From positions 5,456,001-5,520,000 of the forward strand of contig CATNEN010000034.1 in NCBI GenBank assembly GCA_950097015.1: a stretch of 64,000 nt of DNA, given 5' to 3'. The notes beneath the pieces were generated by a model. That model was not told the origin of the DNA. It did no database searches and was given only the letters and a program-made list of their open reading frames with translations. Position 1 is the first letter of the stretch. Every line of letters starts with the position of its first letter. Origin of the DNA: Macrostomum hystrix (lineage: Eukaryota > Animalia > Platyhelminthes). Positions 45,131-57,400 of this stretch are shown here, in pieces. The translations under genes were made by a program, and so were the position numbers.

Positions 45131-48100
45131 GTTCCTATCATACCACATTTTTTTACAAACTCAAGATTTTTTAAGTCAGCTTACCCCGGACGAAGGCTAC
45201 AGCGGCGAGGCAGTGAGCAGCGAGCAGACCAACCTGAAGCATCGCCCTGGTACTCATGTCAACCCGGGTCCAACCACGGCAAAAGCGGTACAATGGGATT
45301 GTTTGCCTTCTCTGGACTCAGGCTTGGGAGCTGTTAAGTGAAATCAGGCTTTGAATAGTGAGCTCACTTATATACAAAGCAATGACAGGTCCGCTATCGA
45401 GGTACCCTTCTAGAGGGACACAAGAGGCGTTTGGAGTGAAGAATAAGTTGGAAGAGACGCCAGCTGAGAAAAACTCCCTGCCACAGCTGCATCGAAGGCC
45501 GTCGGCGCACTGGACTTCGCAACCCCCGTCCAATAGAAGCGCGCCATCTCGGTGCAACCGCCCTCTCTCCAATCTCCACTCTCCACTCTCTTTCTGTGTA
45601 TACCCTGACGACATTCCATAGGGGGTCCTAAAACATTTCTGAACAGTTTCAAGAGGGCACGGTAGGAAAATTGCTCGCCGCACCATTAGAGTGTGCAGCG
45701 CCCGCCCCCCTTGCTCCGTGTGCGCCCAGTGTGCCAACTTCCTGACACAATGCTGCTCTTTCAGCCCTCTTTTCTCCCCCCTCAATCTCCCCTACTTTGC
45801 TCCGCCATTCTTTCCCCTGGATCGTCTGGCAGGCGGTCCGCCGGGTCTCGACTTCCATTCAGCCGGCAATTTCCCTCCCCCCCTCAGGCCCGTGTTTGCT
45901 GCTGCTTCAGCTGGCACTGGGAACAATCGGTTTGAGCAGGGCCGCGCCCCACCCCATCTGATTCCTGCTTCTTCCATGCAGCGATGCGGTGAGCAGGGCA
46001 GCATCGCTCCCTCCTTCACCCAGCTGGCCGGCCACAGTGGCCTGAGCTAGCCCCATCCGACACGGTGCAGTAGGTCGGCGGGCACACTGGCCCGCATAAA
46101 AAGCTCACTTCCGGCGGCATTTCGGAGCCAGCGGTAGGTCCAACCCCGCACCCCCTACTCCGCTGACATTCTGAGCGCCAACCCAACACCGATGCCAGCT
46201 GCCGCCACACCGCCTGCCGCCGTTGCTGCCGCCGCCGCAGCCGACGCCACCGCTAGTATTCTTCTTCTTCTTCTCCTAGCACCGCTGTCAGCGCAGGAAG
46301 GGAGTTGAAAGACGCCATCGCAGTGGGAAGGAAGCGACGGGAAGTTGTAAGGCAGCAGCGGCGACAGCCAGGTAGGAGGAGGCCGCCTGCTCAGCCAAGC
46401 GATGCCACGGCCCGCTCAGTTTGACAGGTTCAGGGCTAGGCTACTCCAGGCTCTCAGGGCTGACCTCAAACTGAAATTATCACCTGCACGGATTAGCTGC
46501 TGATTGACGCGGCCGAGGAGTTTGACAAGTTCTAGAACAACAAGAAAAACTTTTCAACAATGCTCGACTTTCACTTTTGAGAGTTGCGATGAAAATCATC
46601 GTTAGAGAAGAATAATTTTTTGACTGCATGGGCATCACAGTGAAGAATAAATCTCAGTGATTTTCAATTCATCGCGCACCCGAGCTTTTTATGCCTCAAT
46701 CTAGCTTCTTTTCCTGACAGAACTTCCCGACTGCGACTCCCAGCACATCCGAAGGAAAGTTTTGCCGAAATTTGCAATCAAAGAGAAGCGTTTTTATTTA
46801 GAAAAATAAATTTTTGGTCAAGAGTTTCTCGAAGGGAGCAGATAAGTCTCATATTTTACTAACCCTGGAGTTTGTCTCCTGTGCTTGTAGCTCCAATGCT
46901 TCGGGATTTCACAGTTTTTCAATGTAGTAGTTTTAGTCAAATACGCTTTTTCTTGTCCTACAATCCAATTTGCACTAAATACTACTGTCAGCAACAAGCA
47001 AGCAAGTATTTTCTTTCTTGAAAGTGCTCCTAACTATTCAAGTCTATATTGTTGAGCTAGAACAGAATTAAACACAGTCATGAGGATAAGTGACCGTTAG
47101 CCTCTCCCTTGCTTACCAATGACACGGGGAAACGTTTAACAAAAAATGTTGGAATTTTGATTGGAGACACTTTTGAAAGAAATTATTCTTCAAAGATTAT
47201 CAAGCGAGTCGCAATTATTATATTTTTTGCTTTTCTGCAAGGCATTATCATCTTTTCAAAGTTTTATTCAGGCTACCATTGAGATTGATTCAACAGAACA
47301 TCAACTCAAAAGCAGACTGTGCTCCACAATATATTGTCCAGCAATTCTACAGTGGAATTCACAAAGGCGCTCAAAAGAATTTATTGAAGTAAATCGCATT
47401 AATCACTGGCCTTACAGACCTATACTTGTCGACCAGTGGGCCTTCTGTATGCAAATGAGAGCTCAAGTTGTGGAGACATAATGCCCGCTGTTGGATTATC
47501 CTGGATGGGGGCAAACGAGGTTCCTTGCGTTCTTCCCAATCCCTCACTTCCCTGAAGTTCATTCTACTCATTCCACTTCAATGATTTTGCGGCTACAGGC
47601 CAGGCACTGCGGCCTCGGATACCAAGATAGGAGTGAAACTCAATTACGAATGCTCATTTGTTGGCAGTGTGGGATCAACTTAGCAGCAGGAGACTATTGG
47701 AATAGGATCTGTATGTACGATACTTCTCAGTGCTTTGATTCTGATGGCTAGGTAGCCACTGGGTATTTGTACCTTTGCACTTTTATTTTGGCCAAGCAAA
47801 ACTTTACGAAAGAGATTATATTTTATGGATAGCGGCTAAAGATTTTAAATTAGAATGTGAAAATCGTTGCTGCTACTAGTACTAACAGTAGTAGGTGAAT
47901 TAATCACAAACTTTATAAACTGATTATGACAGAAAAAGACAGACAGAGGTAATTGGAGGTCTTAAGAAAGACAGAAACGAAATAAAAGTACAACCATACA
48001 AATAAGGGGGTATAGTTAATTAGATAGGAAATAGGGTTGAGCAGAAGATCCTCAATGTATTATTAGACACGGACACACAATGGGAGTTTTTTCCCGATAA

Positions 48101-48461
48101 AGACATGTCCAAGAGCAGACGGACCGAAGACTTTGAGAGACGAAATCGCTCAGGCCACTGCCAAACGACTTGTCTCTGCTTCTCGATACGCATTCCCTGT
48201 TATATGCGTGCCTCTCCCATTCTGCAGTGGCTAGCAGTGGGCGAACCAATGGCAGCCGAGGAGAACGACCCGGAGGTTAGGCTGGGGGGGGGGGAGACAC
48301 GACGGGAGCAATCTATAAACCGCACAATCGACTGGAAATCTGTGTTGTTTCTCCCGCCAGTCCCGCCAGTCAAAACTGCGTCGTCTCAAAGCCTCGAGGC
48401 CTCGGCTCAGGCCCCGATCCGTAGCACAATAGACAGAGGCGCGCATCTGACAAGTTTATGG

Positions 48462-51400
48462 ATGACTGGCTGCCTGCCAACTCCGCTGCCGTTGAGGAAT
48501 CTCGGCACAACTGCCGCTGTCGCACTGCTGCTGGGACTGGCTTTGGCAGCGATGTCTGCGCTGCCGGTTGTTCGCGGCTTCCGATGCAACGGTGAGCACC
48601 ATTCTGACCTCAGTGAAATGCTATCTAAGGTCTTTCATGAGGTTCAGAATGCTTGGAAACTGACAGTAATTGGTCCTTAAATTTGTGAATTGTAAGACAG
48701 GGCCTCCAAGCCATCTAATCAATGTGGCTCAGGGACCCTGGTAACGCTCCGTCATCGTTTTGGGGGCCTTTAGGTGTCATTTAGTTCGCTCTTCGCTCTT
48801 GAAATGCAACTCGCAATGCCAATTGCAGCTCACCAGACAGTGTACCACAGCGATAACTCCAGCTCGGGCGAGCTGAAGTCTCCAAACTACGGCCACTCCA
48901 GCATTCCCAGGGGTATGTGCTTCTCGTTCACTCTGCTCACCGGACCGACAAAAATCATACAGCTGCGTCTCATCCAGTTTCAAATCGGACAACGCGAGGA
49001 ATCTTCTGGGTGAGTTGAAATAGTCGCACCAGTTGTTTAATCCACACCGGATTATCTTATCAGAAGATTTGTTTAAAAAATCAATTTAGAAAATGGTCAG
49101 CTGACTTAGACTCGAAGCTGCTAGCGGGATTATAAAAATAACTTACTAACCACCTGCCGTGTTTCGTCCTTTGCCAAACCGGCTTGCTTCAGCAGGAAAT
49201 GCTCATTTTAAGACTGCCGAAAAAGACAGAGTCAATACTTGAACAGGTTTGAATTTATTAAAAATTCTCCCCTCGCTGAGTCACGCGGTGAGGATCAATG
49301 AGGCGCTGATCGCGCATAAATTTTCCTTATTGTCAGAAAACTCCGATGCGGGAAACTTAGCTGAAAACTCATGTAAGGATAAATCTAAAATTACTGCGCA
49401 AATAGAATAGATACGAGTTTAGTTTAATGTTTTTTAGATTATAATGTTATTTCATAAGTGCAGTTTAGTGCAGCTTGTAGCAATGAAACCAACACCCAAG
49501 GGAAGATGTCTGTTGACTCCAGCCTCCCAATGCCCCCGTCAAAGACACTTTTGAACACAAAGACACATAGACAATTGACTACTTCAACATTGTGTCTGCG
49601 AAATCCCATTCAATGAAATCCCATTCACTGAAATCCCATTACCTGAAATCCCATTCACTGAAATCCCATTCCTGAAATCCCATTTACTGAAATCCCATTC
49701 CCTGAAATCCCATTCACTGAAACCCCATTCACTGAAATCCCATTACCTGAAATCCCATTCACTGAAATCCCATTCACTGAAATCCCATTCACTGAAATCC
49801 CATTCACTGAAATCCCATTCACTGAAATCCCAATCACTGAAATCCCAAATCACATTTCAGTAAATGGGATTTTAAGTCCGATAAATTCTTCAGCATCAGA
49901 ACAAAGCATGTGAAAATGATTGAGAATTACGAGCAGTTGGGTCAACAAAATTTTAACCATCCAAGCAGATTTTTACTGAAATTAACTGTAGTGACGAGAG
50001 CAGCCGATAATGTACTTTCCCGCTTCCTTCCAGAAGGACGGGAGTCCCTTGCTCGATCAGGCTCGCCACCACAGGTCCTGTTGCAGCACTTTCTGCTGCC
50101 GAACCAAATTTCTCTCAGACAGTTTTCCTGATGGTGTTTTCCTAACTCAGCCACCCCAAACTACCCCTCTCCAGAATGGGGAAGAGAACTTGTGCTTGGG
50201 TCACACAGGCTGGGATGTAGACAGGCTTCAATCCAGTTGGTTCAAAACGTACTTATCGCCGTCACTTCCAGGTCAGTGTCTTCAGTTATTCGTAGAATAC
50301 CAAAGACAGCATCTCAGGCTTGAGAAGGCTTGAGTAGGAATTTACTACGACAGTATGTTGCAAAATCCCTTTCTGACAGGCCGTGAGCTGCTCACCGGTT
50401 CGAATGTTGCAGGCAGGCAAAATACTGAACTCCCACTACTCAGGTCCCAAAGCCTGGCTGTTTCTATTCTAGTTTCTTCCCTGGAATAAAATATATGTTG
50501 GCAGGTTTGAAGACAGAAGGTTCTGCTAACATTGCTTCTGGAAGACAGTGTTTAGGGATCAATAATTGATTGGTGTCGCTTGCCAGAAAAATATCCCCTA
50601 ACCGCTCAGCTATGGGAATCTTCTATATTTTTTCTGTTATCTTCCCGACTCTAAATGTTATCCATCCGATGAACTTTTGGGCTACCCGCCCCCGGGATAG
50701 TTTTTCTCCCTAACAACAAGGCGATGGGCAGTTTTCCCACTTCGCGCTCCCCCAGTTGCCCTCCTAGGCGCGGCAATCAGGCCAGGCCGCAGTGAGTTCC
50801 TGTGTGTCTTGAGTAATTGAATTAATTAAGGTAAATACACCGCCGCCAATGACGCCGCGACCGGTGATTTTTGGAAGACTGGCTCTCACAGGACTCACTT
50901 TCTCTCGTTAGTTGAACTCTCCCGCTCTGTCTATTTCTCTCTAACTCAGTCATGCAACTATGCTGCTGTTTCTAGCACTGAAATACATACTAAACATTTC
51001 AGATTATGCGCGCGCTTCTGTGGGACAAGGGGGAGAGACAGTGAAAAAAGAGAAAATGCAAAAAACAATAAGAGAAGAAAGCAGTCATTGGCAGCATGAC
51101 ATTGAGTGACAATATCATCAATCAAAACCCAGTAACAGAAATCCCATTCACTGAAATCCCATTCACTGAAATCCCATTCACTGAAATCCCATTCACTGAA
51201 ATCCCATTCACTGAAATCTCATTCACTGAAATCCCATTCACTGAAATCTAATTCACTGAAATCCCATTCCCTGAAATCCCATTCACTGAAATCCCATCCA
51301 CTGAAATCCCATCCACTGAAATCCCATTCACTGAAATCCCATTCACTGAAATCCCATTCACTGAAATCCCATTCACTGAAATCCCATTCACTGAAATCCC

Positions 51401-54400
51401 ATTCACTGAAATCCCATTCACTAAAATCCCATTCACTGAAATCCCATTCACTGAAATCCCATTCACTGAAATCCAATTCACTGAAATCCCATTCACTGAA
51501 ATCCCATTCACTGAAATCCAATTCACTGAAATCCCATTCACTGAAATCCCATTCACTGAAATCCTATTCACTGAAATCCCATTCACTGAAAGGGATCCCA
51601 TTCTCTTTCATCCCAATGAAAGAGCAAAATACTAAGTCTCCCAAAAATCTCCTTAAAATGCAATAAATTTACAATAAATCCCGTAAGAATTATCCTGATC
51701 AATCGAGATCCTAATTGACTCGAATCCCAAACCCAAAATGTATTGACGTAGTGGATCCCAAGAAAAACTGTTTGAAACCAACGATCAACAAGGCAATCGC
51801 CTGTCTTATCCTCGCCGGACTCATCCCAAAGAAAGAGCCCAGCCCGCCCCTCACTCACCCACACTGTTCGCTTCTCATTAAACGGTCGTCTTCAGTAAAG
51901 AGAAATACGGAGTCCATTCCCCGAGTTCAGCTCCCAGCCCGCGTCGACAGCTCAGCTCCTCGCCCCGAGGAAACAGACCGACCGTGTGTCTGAGGGGCTG
52001 AGGTGAGGCTGCCTGACTTTTCCTTTCCTCATTACTTCCTCTCTCTCTGTGTGTTTCTCGCTAGCCGCCGCCGCCTCGAGTTTGAGTCCTTCGTCAGAGC
52101 TCTCCCTTTATCTCTATTTCTCTATTTTTCTTCGCCGCAACTCCCGCTCTGCCAGCTTTTTATTATTTCTACTTCCACCCTTCCCAAAGCCCCTTCTCTG
52201 TCTTTTAGCTTTCAGGACACGCAAGTCCATCTCAGTACTTTCCGTATCTCAGTCCATCTCCATGAAGCCTTGGCCAGCTGGTACTGGCCTTTTAATAGAG
52301 GGTTGCGTGTCACTGCGCAATGGGTCTGCTTTGCAATGTGGCTCGGCTCCATCTTTTTAGTTCTGTTTCAAATTTTCTGGCGCCCTGTTTATTGACCCGG
52401 CGGCGGGGGCGATACAGGCCTTCTCAATGCCTCAGCTCTCTGTTAAGTGGGATTTAACAAAGTCCATTGAGACGGCTCATAACATTCCCAGAGGCCTCTC
52501 ATGGCTGAGTATGCCAGCAGAGCAAACAGAACTCCTACCACTGGTGGCAGAAATTCTCACACTCCCATCTGCATAGTTCTCTTCATTTCCCACTTGTATT
52601 TCTGCACTTTTATGCTTAGGAACTGCAATGCTTGTCTATAGAACTCAACTGTTTTATTCTAGACTCGTAGATAGCATTGCGACTCGATAGTATTGGGACT
52701 CGATAGTATTGGAACTCGATAGTATTGGGACTCGATAGTATTGGGACTCGATAGTATTGGAACTCGATAGCATTGGGACTCGATAGTATTGGGACTCGAT
52801 AGTATTGGGACTCGAAAGAATTGGGACTCGATAGTATTTGGGACTCGATAGTATTGGGACTCGATAGTATTGGGACTCGATAGTATTGGGACTCGATAGT
52901 ATTGGGACTCGATAGTATTGGGACTCGATAGTATTGGGACTCGATAGTATTGGGACTCGAAAGAATTGGGACTCGAAAGAATTGGGACTCGATAGTATTG
53001 GGACTCGATAGTATTGGGACTCGAAAGAATTGGGACTCGAAAGAATTGGGACTCGATAGTATTGGAACTCGAAAGAATTGGGACTCGATAGTATTGGAAC
53101 TCGATAGTATTGGGACTCGAAAGAATTGGGACTCGATAGTATTGGGACTCGAGAGTATTGGGACTCGAGGGTATTGGGACTGGATAGTATTGGGACTCGA
53201 AAGAATTGGGACTCGATAGTATTGGAATTCGATAGCATTGGAACTCGATAGTATTGGGACTCGATAGTATTGGGACTCGAAAGAATTGGGACTCGAAAGA
53301 ATTTGGACTCGATAGTATTGGGACTCGATAGTATTGGAACTCGAAAGAATTGGGACTCGATAGTATTGGAATTCGATAGCATTGTAACTCGATAGTATTG
53401 GGACTCGAAAGAATTGGGACTCGATAGTATTGGGACTCGATAGTATTGGGACTCGATAGTATTGGGACTCGAAAGAATTGGGACTCGAAAGAATTGGGAC
53501 TCGATAGTATTGGAACTCGAAAGAATTGGGACTCGATAGTATTGGGACTCGAGAGTATTGGGACTCGAAAGAATTGGGACTCGAAAGAATTGGGACTCGA
53601 TGGTATTGGGACTCGAGAGTATTGGGACTCGAGGGTATTGGGACAGGATAGTATTGGGACTCAAGGGTATTGGAACTCGAGAGTATTGGGAATCTCGAAC
53701 CTCGGCGAACCCGCAGCTGCCAGCAGGAGTTCGTGGACATCTACGTTGAAGGCAGCTATGTGCGCCGAATTTGCGGTGACAAATCAGGCAGCGAGATTCG
53801 CGGCCTCACAAACATCACCCTGGTGCTGTACGCCGAGTACGGCAACTACAGCGCACTGCGCGACACAACCTCCCGCGGCTTCAGGATTCGATTCGAATTT
53901 CAGGAGAAAGGTTGGCCATGCCGATTGCTTACCTGTAGATTGCTGACTACTAGTACACCTGTGCATAGCTGCCTACTAGTACACCTGTGCATAGCTGTCT
54001 ACTAGTACACCTGTGCATAGCTGCCTACTAGTACACCTGTGCATAGCTGTCTACTAGTACACCTGTGCATAGCTGTCTACTAGTACACCTGTGCATAGCT
54101 GTCTACTAGTACACCTGTGCATAGCTGTCTACTAGTACACCTGTGCATAGCTGTCTACTACTACACCTGTGCATAGCTGTCTACTACTACACCTGTGCAT
54201 AGCTGCCTACTAGTACACCTGTGCATAGCTGTCTACTACTACACCTGTGCATAGCTGTCTACTAGTACACCTGTGCATAGCTGTCTACTACTACACCTGT
54301 GCATAGCTGTCTACTAGTACACCTGTGCATAGCTGTCTACTACTACACCTGTGCATAGCTGCCTACTAGTACACCTGTGCATAGCTGCCTACTAGTACAC

Positions 54401-57400
54401 CTGTGCATAGCTGCCTACTACTACACCTGTGCATAGCTGCCTACTAGTACACCTGTGCATAGCTGTCTACTAGTACACCTGTGCATAGCTGTCTACTAGT
54501 ACACCTGTGCATAGCTGTCTACTACTACACCTGTGCATAGCTGTCTACTAGTACACCTGTGCATAGCTGTCTACTAGTACACCTGTGCATAGCTGCCTAC
54601 TAGTACACCTGTGCATAGCCGTTTACTTGTGGATATACATTATCTGCATGGTATCGATTCTGTTCTCGCACTACGAGCATAACACGAGCGTGTCATCTAC
54701 TCTAGTTGCTCATCTGTCAGCCGTAATAACTTATCTCCACATAAGAACATTTATCATTTTATGATGATCAAATAAAGACAGTACTTCGACCAGGGCAGCA
54801 GGTGCTAAAATCCCGGAATGCGAACATGGGTTGTCCCGGCCCATTGCGGAAGGAAATAATTTATGATTTCCATTAGAGATTAATTTTGCATTTGAGAGGC
54901 TGGATCAGGTGAATAAGTTAAAAATGCTTTATTTCGTCTCAGAAAATCAGGTCGCTAGGGGCTCTCATTTTAAAAAAATTAGGCTGAGAGTGAAAAAGTA
55001 GGTCGTGTTGGCTCGAATATTAACAGTTATATAGACCACGGGGGTATTTAAAATAACCAATTTTTCTTTGTTCTGTATCTCTTTGGGGTGTTTGTCAGAA
55101 AAAATCAATATAAACATAAGTTTTCTGCTCAGAAAATTTCAATACTTAGCCATATCGGCTATTATTTTTGCATATATCGCACTGATTAATTAGATTGTTA
55201 GCTATTTTATTATCGAACCAATACTCGTAATAGATTCTCAGTCGCGGAAAAAACTCTACTTTGTTTTGAAAGACCCGCATGTTTTGGACTGGCTTGCCGG
55301 CTGCTCTGCATTCGCCAATGTCGTCCTAAATTGCAAGTTATTGTGAGAAGGTCCCCTCTCCCCCTGTCTCGATTCATTCCAGAGGGTTGCGGCAACACCC
55401 GCTTCGGCAGCAGCGAACAGACGCAGGGCGTCATCAAGTCTCCTGGATACGACGGGTCCGGATATTTGCCGCTTACCGATTGCACCTACGACATCATCGG
55501 CTCGCCCAATGAGCGAGTCGTGCTCAACTTTATGGACATTCATCTAGCCGAGTCTGTTCTGTGAGTTCACTTTTTTATAATCGGCTGTCCGACTGGCCAT
55601 TTGGCTGAAATGAAATGTTCTTTGGTGAAAGTTATTTCGATACATATAGCCTTCGCTTGCAGATTCCACACACTTGAGCTCCAGTTTTTTCGTTCGAAAT
55701 TGCCAATAATTTTCTCATTGAGAGGCCTTGATGGGTTTTATGCCCCAATCTGCGCATACGGGCGAGTACTAAAAAAATCTCTTCCTACAGCCCAACACGT
55801 AAGTCACGGGCTCCGGTCCATCGCTCGGTTGAGTTTTATTGCCTCTGCTCGAGCTGATTGGGGAAGCGACAGAAAGGCGGAGGAGAAAGCAATGGGAAAA
55901 TGAGAGAGAGAGAGAGAGAAGAGCGGGAGAAGCAGGACCAGAGCCGAGGGGTGTTAAACTCAGCGGATTGAGCAAATCCGAGGCTCGGGCGGGTTTCTAT
56001 ACGAGTAGGCTTCCAGCGCTTCTAACCTTCTCCTTGTGCTTCCTATAGTTTATCCCTCGGTCTTATCAGGCGTCGTCGGCGGGTTAATCCTGCAGAAAGA
56101 AATGCAGCTTGGCCAAAACCTTGGCAAATTCAATATAGCATGGTGATCGGATTTGATCTACAAATAGAAAAATGCGGGTAGCCAGGCGGTTAACATGAAA
56201 GTTGCGCCTCACTAACGATACGTCTTTTTGACGGCTGCGGCGACACGGCAAATGCCGATTGGCCTTGTCTGATTGGATCTCAACAAAAAAGAAGGAGCTG
56301 GTGGAATCCCGTCGTACTTTTATGGTTTATATTCCGGATCATTTAGTGCGCTTATTAGCATTCGAATTTCTCTTATCACAGCAACTCGGTAGCTTAACTA
56401 TTGGAACCCCATTCGCAGCTGTCACCAGGACTATATTTCGCTGAAGAACATGGTGCAGGGCAGGCCCACACTACTGATGGAGAATGCATGCGGCTCGGCT
56501 AAGATTGGCACCATCATCTCGGCTAGCAACTGGGTGCAGTTGCGATTTCACAGCTCCCTCATCAGGTGGGAAGAGTACAGGGGCTTCCAGCTGAACTACA
56601 AATTCATACGAATCGGTGAGTGAGGAGTGACATTGACTAATTTCTAGACCAGAGACAAGTGATCAGAGACCAGCGACAAGTGACCAGAGACCAGAGACAA
56701 GTGATCAGAGACCAGCGACCAGAGACCACAGACCAGAGACAAGTGATCAGAGACCATAGACCGAAGACCAGAGACAAGTGATCAGAGACCAGAGACCAGA
56801 GACAAGTGATCAGAGACCAGCGACCAGAGACCAGAGACCAGAGACAAGTGATCAGAGACCAGCGACCAGACACCGCAGACCAGAGACAAGTGATCAGAGA
56901 CCAGCGACCAGAGACCAGAGACCAGATACAAGTGATCAGAGACCAGCGACCAGAGACCACAGACCAGAGACAAGTGATCAGAGACCAGAGACCAGAGACC
57001 AGAGACAAGTGATCAGAGACCAGCGACCAGACACCGCAGACCAGAGACAAGTGATCAGAGACCAGCGACCAGTGACCAGAGACCAGAGACAAGTGATCAG
57101 AGACCATAGACCGAAGACCAGAGACAAGTGATCAGAAACCAGCGACCAGAGACCAGAGGCCAGAGACAAGTGATCAGAGACCATAGACCGAAGACCAGAG
57201 ACAAGTGACCAGAGACCAGCGACCAGCGACCAGACACCGCAGACCAGAGACAAGTGATCAGAGACCAGCGACCAGAGACCAGAGACCAGATACAAGTGAT
57301 CAGAGACCAGCGACCAGAGACCACAGACCAGAGACAAGTGATCAGAGACCAGAGACCAGAGACCAGAGACAAGTGATCAGAGACCAGCGACCAGACACCG

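Noticed and set aside
46200-46300. Minus-strand RRRRRRILAVASAAAAAATAAG as the missing BAMBI-like signal-peptide exon
   Set aside because: Phase-1 GT sites exist, but there is no in-frame ATG between it and the upstream stop, and the donors are weak.
49910-50400. LINE reverse-transcriptase fragment suggested by WFKTYLS
   Set aside because: A single short motif with no other RT motifs in neighbouring frames.
52616-53740. Long ORFs (374 aa, 336 aa) and similar ones at 12647-13646, 14332-15218, 17187-17775, 20077-20623, 56637-57820
   Set aside because: All are translations of tandem arrays in several frames and on both strands.
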